A stretch of 63,983 nt of DNA, filler included, from Parasitella parasitica NRRL 2501 (lineage: Eukaryota > Fungi > Mucoromycota): the NCBI GenBank assembly GCA_025201805.1. It is 11 parts of 11 records of this genome, joined end to end, with 100 filler letters (N's around TTAATTAATTAA, not from the genome) between each part and the next. Parts side by side here need not be neighbours in the genome. Positions count along the whole stretch, not along the records: positions 62,508 to 63,983 come from MU619276.1; 10 more parts are not named here. One strand, given 5' to 3'. Positions 62,508 through 63,983 of this stretch are shown in pieces (position 1 is the stretch's first letter; every line of letters starts with the position of its first letter). The notes under the pieces were generated by a model that was not told the DNA's origin, searched no databases, and saw nothing but the letters and a program-made list of their open reading frames with translations. Both the position numbers and the translations under genes were made by a program.

Positions 62508-63862
62508 TAGTTGGCTAACTCCTCAGGCAAAGCTTTCATGAAGTATCGCACTACGCAATCCTCATCTTGGATGTCTGCCTGCAGACGCAAGGTTTGGAAT
62601 TTATCAATGAACTTTGAAAAGTCTTCTGTAGGACGATACAGTAACTTTTCAAGCTGCTCTCTAGCTTCGTCCTTTGTGTCGATGATGGATTTGCCATATT
62701 TGTTGATCAGAGCTGTTCGGAACTGAGACCAAGTTAAACGACCTTGAGTGGCCATTATGTTGGCGTACCAGCGTGCCATGCCAGTCGACAATTTTGCAGG
62801 TACAATTCGCTCCCAGTTTTCATTGATAGAGAGTCGATGAGCCTTAAGGACAAGTTCAAAGTGATCCAAACAGTCGTTGGGCGTGGCGAAAATGGGTCTA
62901 CGCTTGTTGAAATGATGCCCTCTCCATTGAAAATATGGTGTCTCATTTGGGACGAGGGTGTTTTCATCGCTGAAGATTAGGTCGTAAGTCTTCTTAGCCG
63001 TTTCCAACTGTCGAGTTAAAATGCTAAGGTTCGTTACTTGGGATGACCCTTGAATGCAACCAATGCTAGTAATGGTAGCCTTGAAGACTGCCAATTTCAG
63101 TCTTTCGATTTCTGCATTAAGTTGCAAGCGTTCGTCACTAGTAATTGATGATACAAATTCTATATTTGTTTTTAAATTAGCATGATTTACATTACTAATA
63201 TTCTCTTTGTAGTTACCATAGGGCACATTAGAGTTATTGTTTTGCTTTTGATTATTCGCATTTGACGTACTATCTAGAGCTTCGTCGCGAATAATTGCAA
63301 AATCATTAGGTGCACTCTGTCGAGCTTCACCATTGAAGATAGGTTGAGATGTACTCTCTCGAGTTCCATCTGATTGGGCTTGTCCGGAACCACCGATAGC
63401 CATAGCCTCTAGTTGATCTTGCATGCCATTCGAGGTACCATCGATGTCCATTGGGACGATCTTGGAATTCGATTCGAGTCCCTCGTTAGAGGTAGTGCCA
63501 GTAGAAGAACCAGAAGTTACAGTAGCAGATTCTTTTTGGAGTTTGTTTGAGTTGTTAGGAGCCATAGCAGTGAGTAATAAACGAGATTTATAATGATTAA
63601 AAAAAAATGATTTATCAGAAAAGTTCAAGTAGAAATTAATCAGGTAAAGATCCGTTTATTACATTCAAAAATAGAGGGTTTATATACTTTCTATGAACTG
63701 AGGGAAGCGATGTGAGGATAAAGGTTTTAGTGATGAGATCAGGGAGATAGGATAGATTGTATCTATCCCAAATGTCATGTCATATTATTTTATGATCTGA
63801 TGTTTTACTCTTGAGTATGAGTTTATATTATATTGACATCCGGTTTTAGAATTGATACATCA
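62508..63862 (-). mobile_element. LTR retrotransposon 5' end: LTR 63608-63862 and gag ORF (ATG ~63565)
   Basis: Inverted termini TGATGTATCA / TGATAAATCA. Gag-like LTWSQFRTALINKYG...FIDKFQTL...YFMKALP. Confidence 0.78.
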
Positions 63863-63983
63863 ATGGCAATGGTAACAGCAACTACAACCATAACAGTAAC
63901 TACAACTCGATTATGGATGCTATTGATGTATATTTCAAATATTTCAATACAATAAAAAGAGACTTGTAATAATTCACAGCTTT

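Overview
Eukaryotic, intron-containing, AT-rich fungal DNA. Gene and transposon content points to Mucorales (inferred, not searched). The window is not one locus: about 11 contigs are joined by artificial N-TTAATTAATTAA-N linkers, with two further internal N gaps. One scaffold (19901-43610) carries ordinary genes: mitochondrial ClpX, GAR1, ARS2/SERRATE, chitin deacetylase, CDK7/Kin28, an Stc1-domain protein, a coiled-coil protein and an EF-hand type II NADH dehydrogenase. The rest is transposon-derived: L1-like LINEs, Ty3/gypsy elements and solo LTRs with clean TSDs, a Harbinger/ISL2EU-type element, a DD37E Tc1-like element, a Dada-like transposase with a DEDDy exonuclease, and Helitron and CACTA remnants. 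The main candidate for an undescribed system is a head-to-tail LINE array whose junctions are the first 15 nt of a tRNA-Ala-like gene (GGGGATGTAGCTCAG). The array appears to contain an intact autonomous LINE (TAATG ORF1/ORF2 coupling, PAM2-like motif in ORF2) and an ORF1-only partner with the same 3' stem-loop. A second highlight is an endogenized RNA-virus-like SF2 helicase fragment with a G-poor leader, interrupted by a solo LTR.
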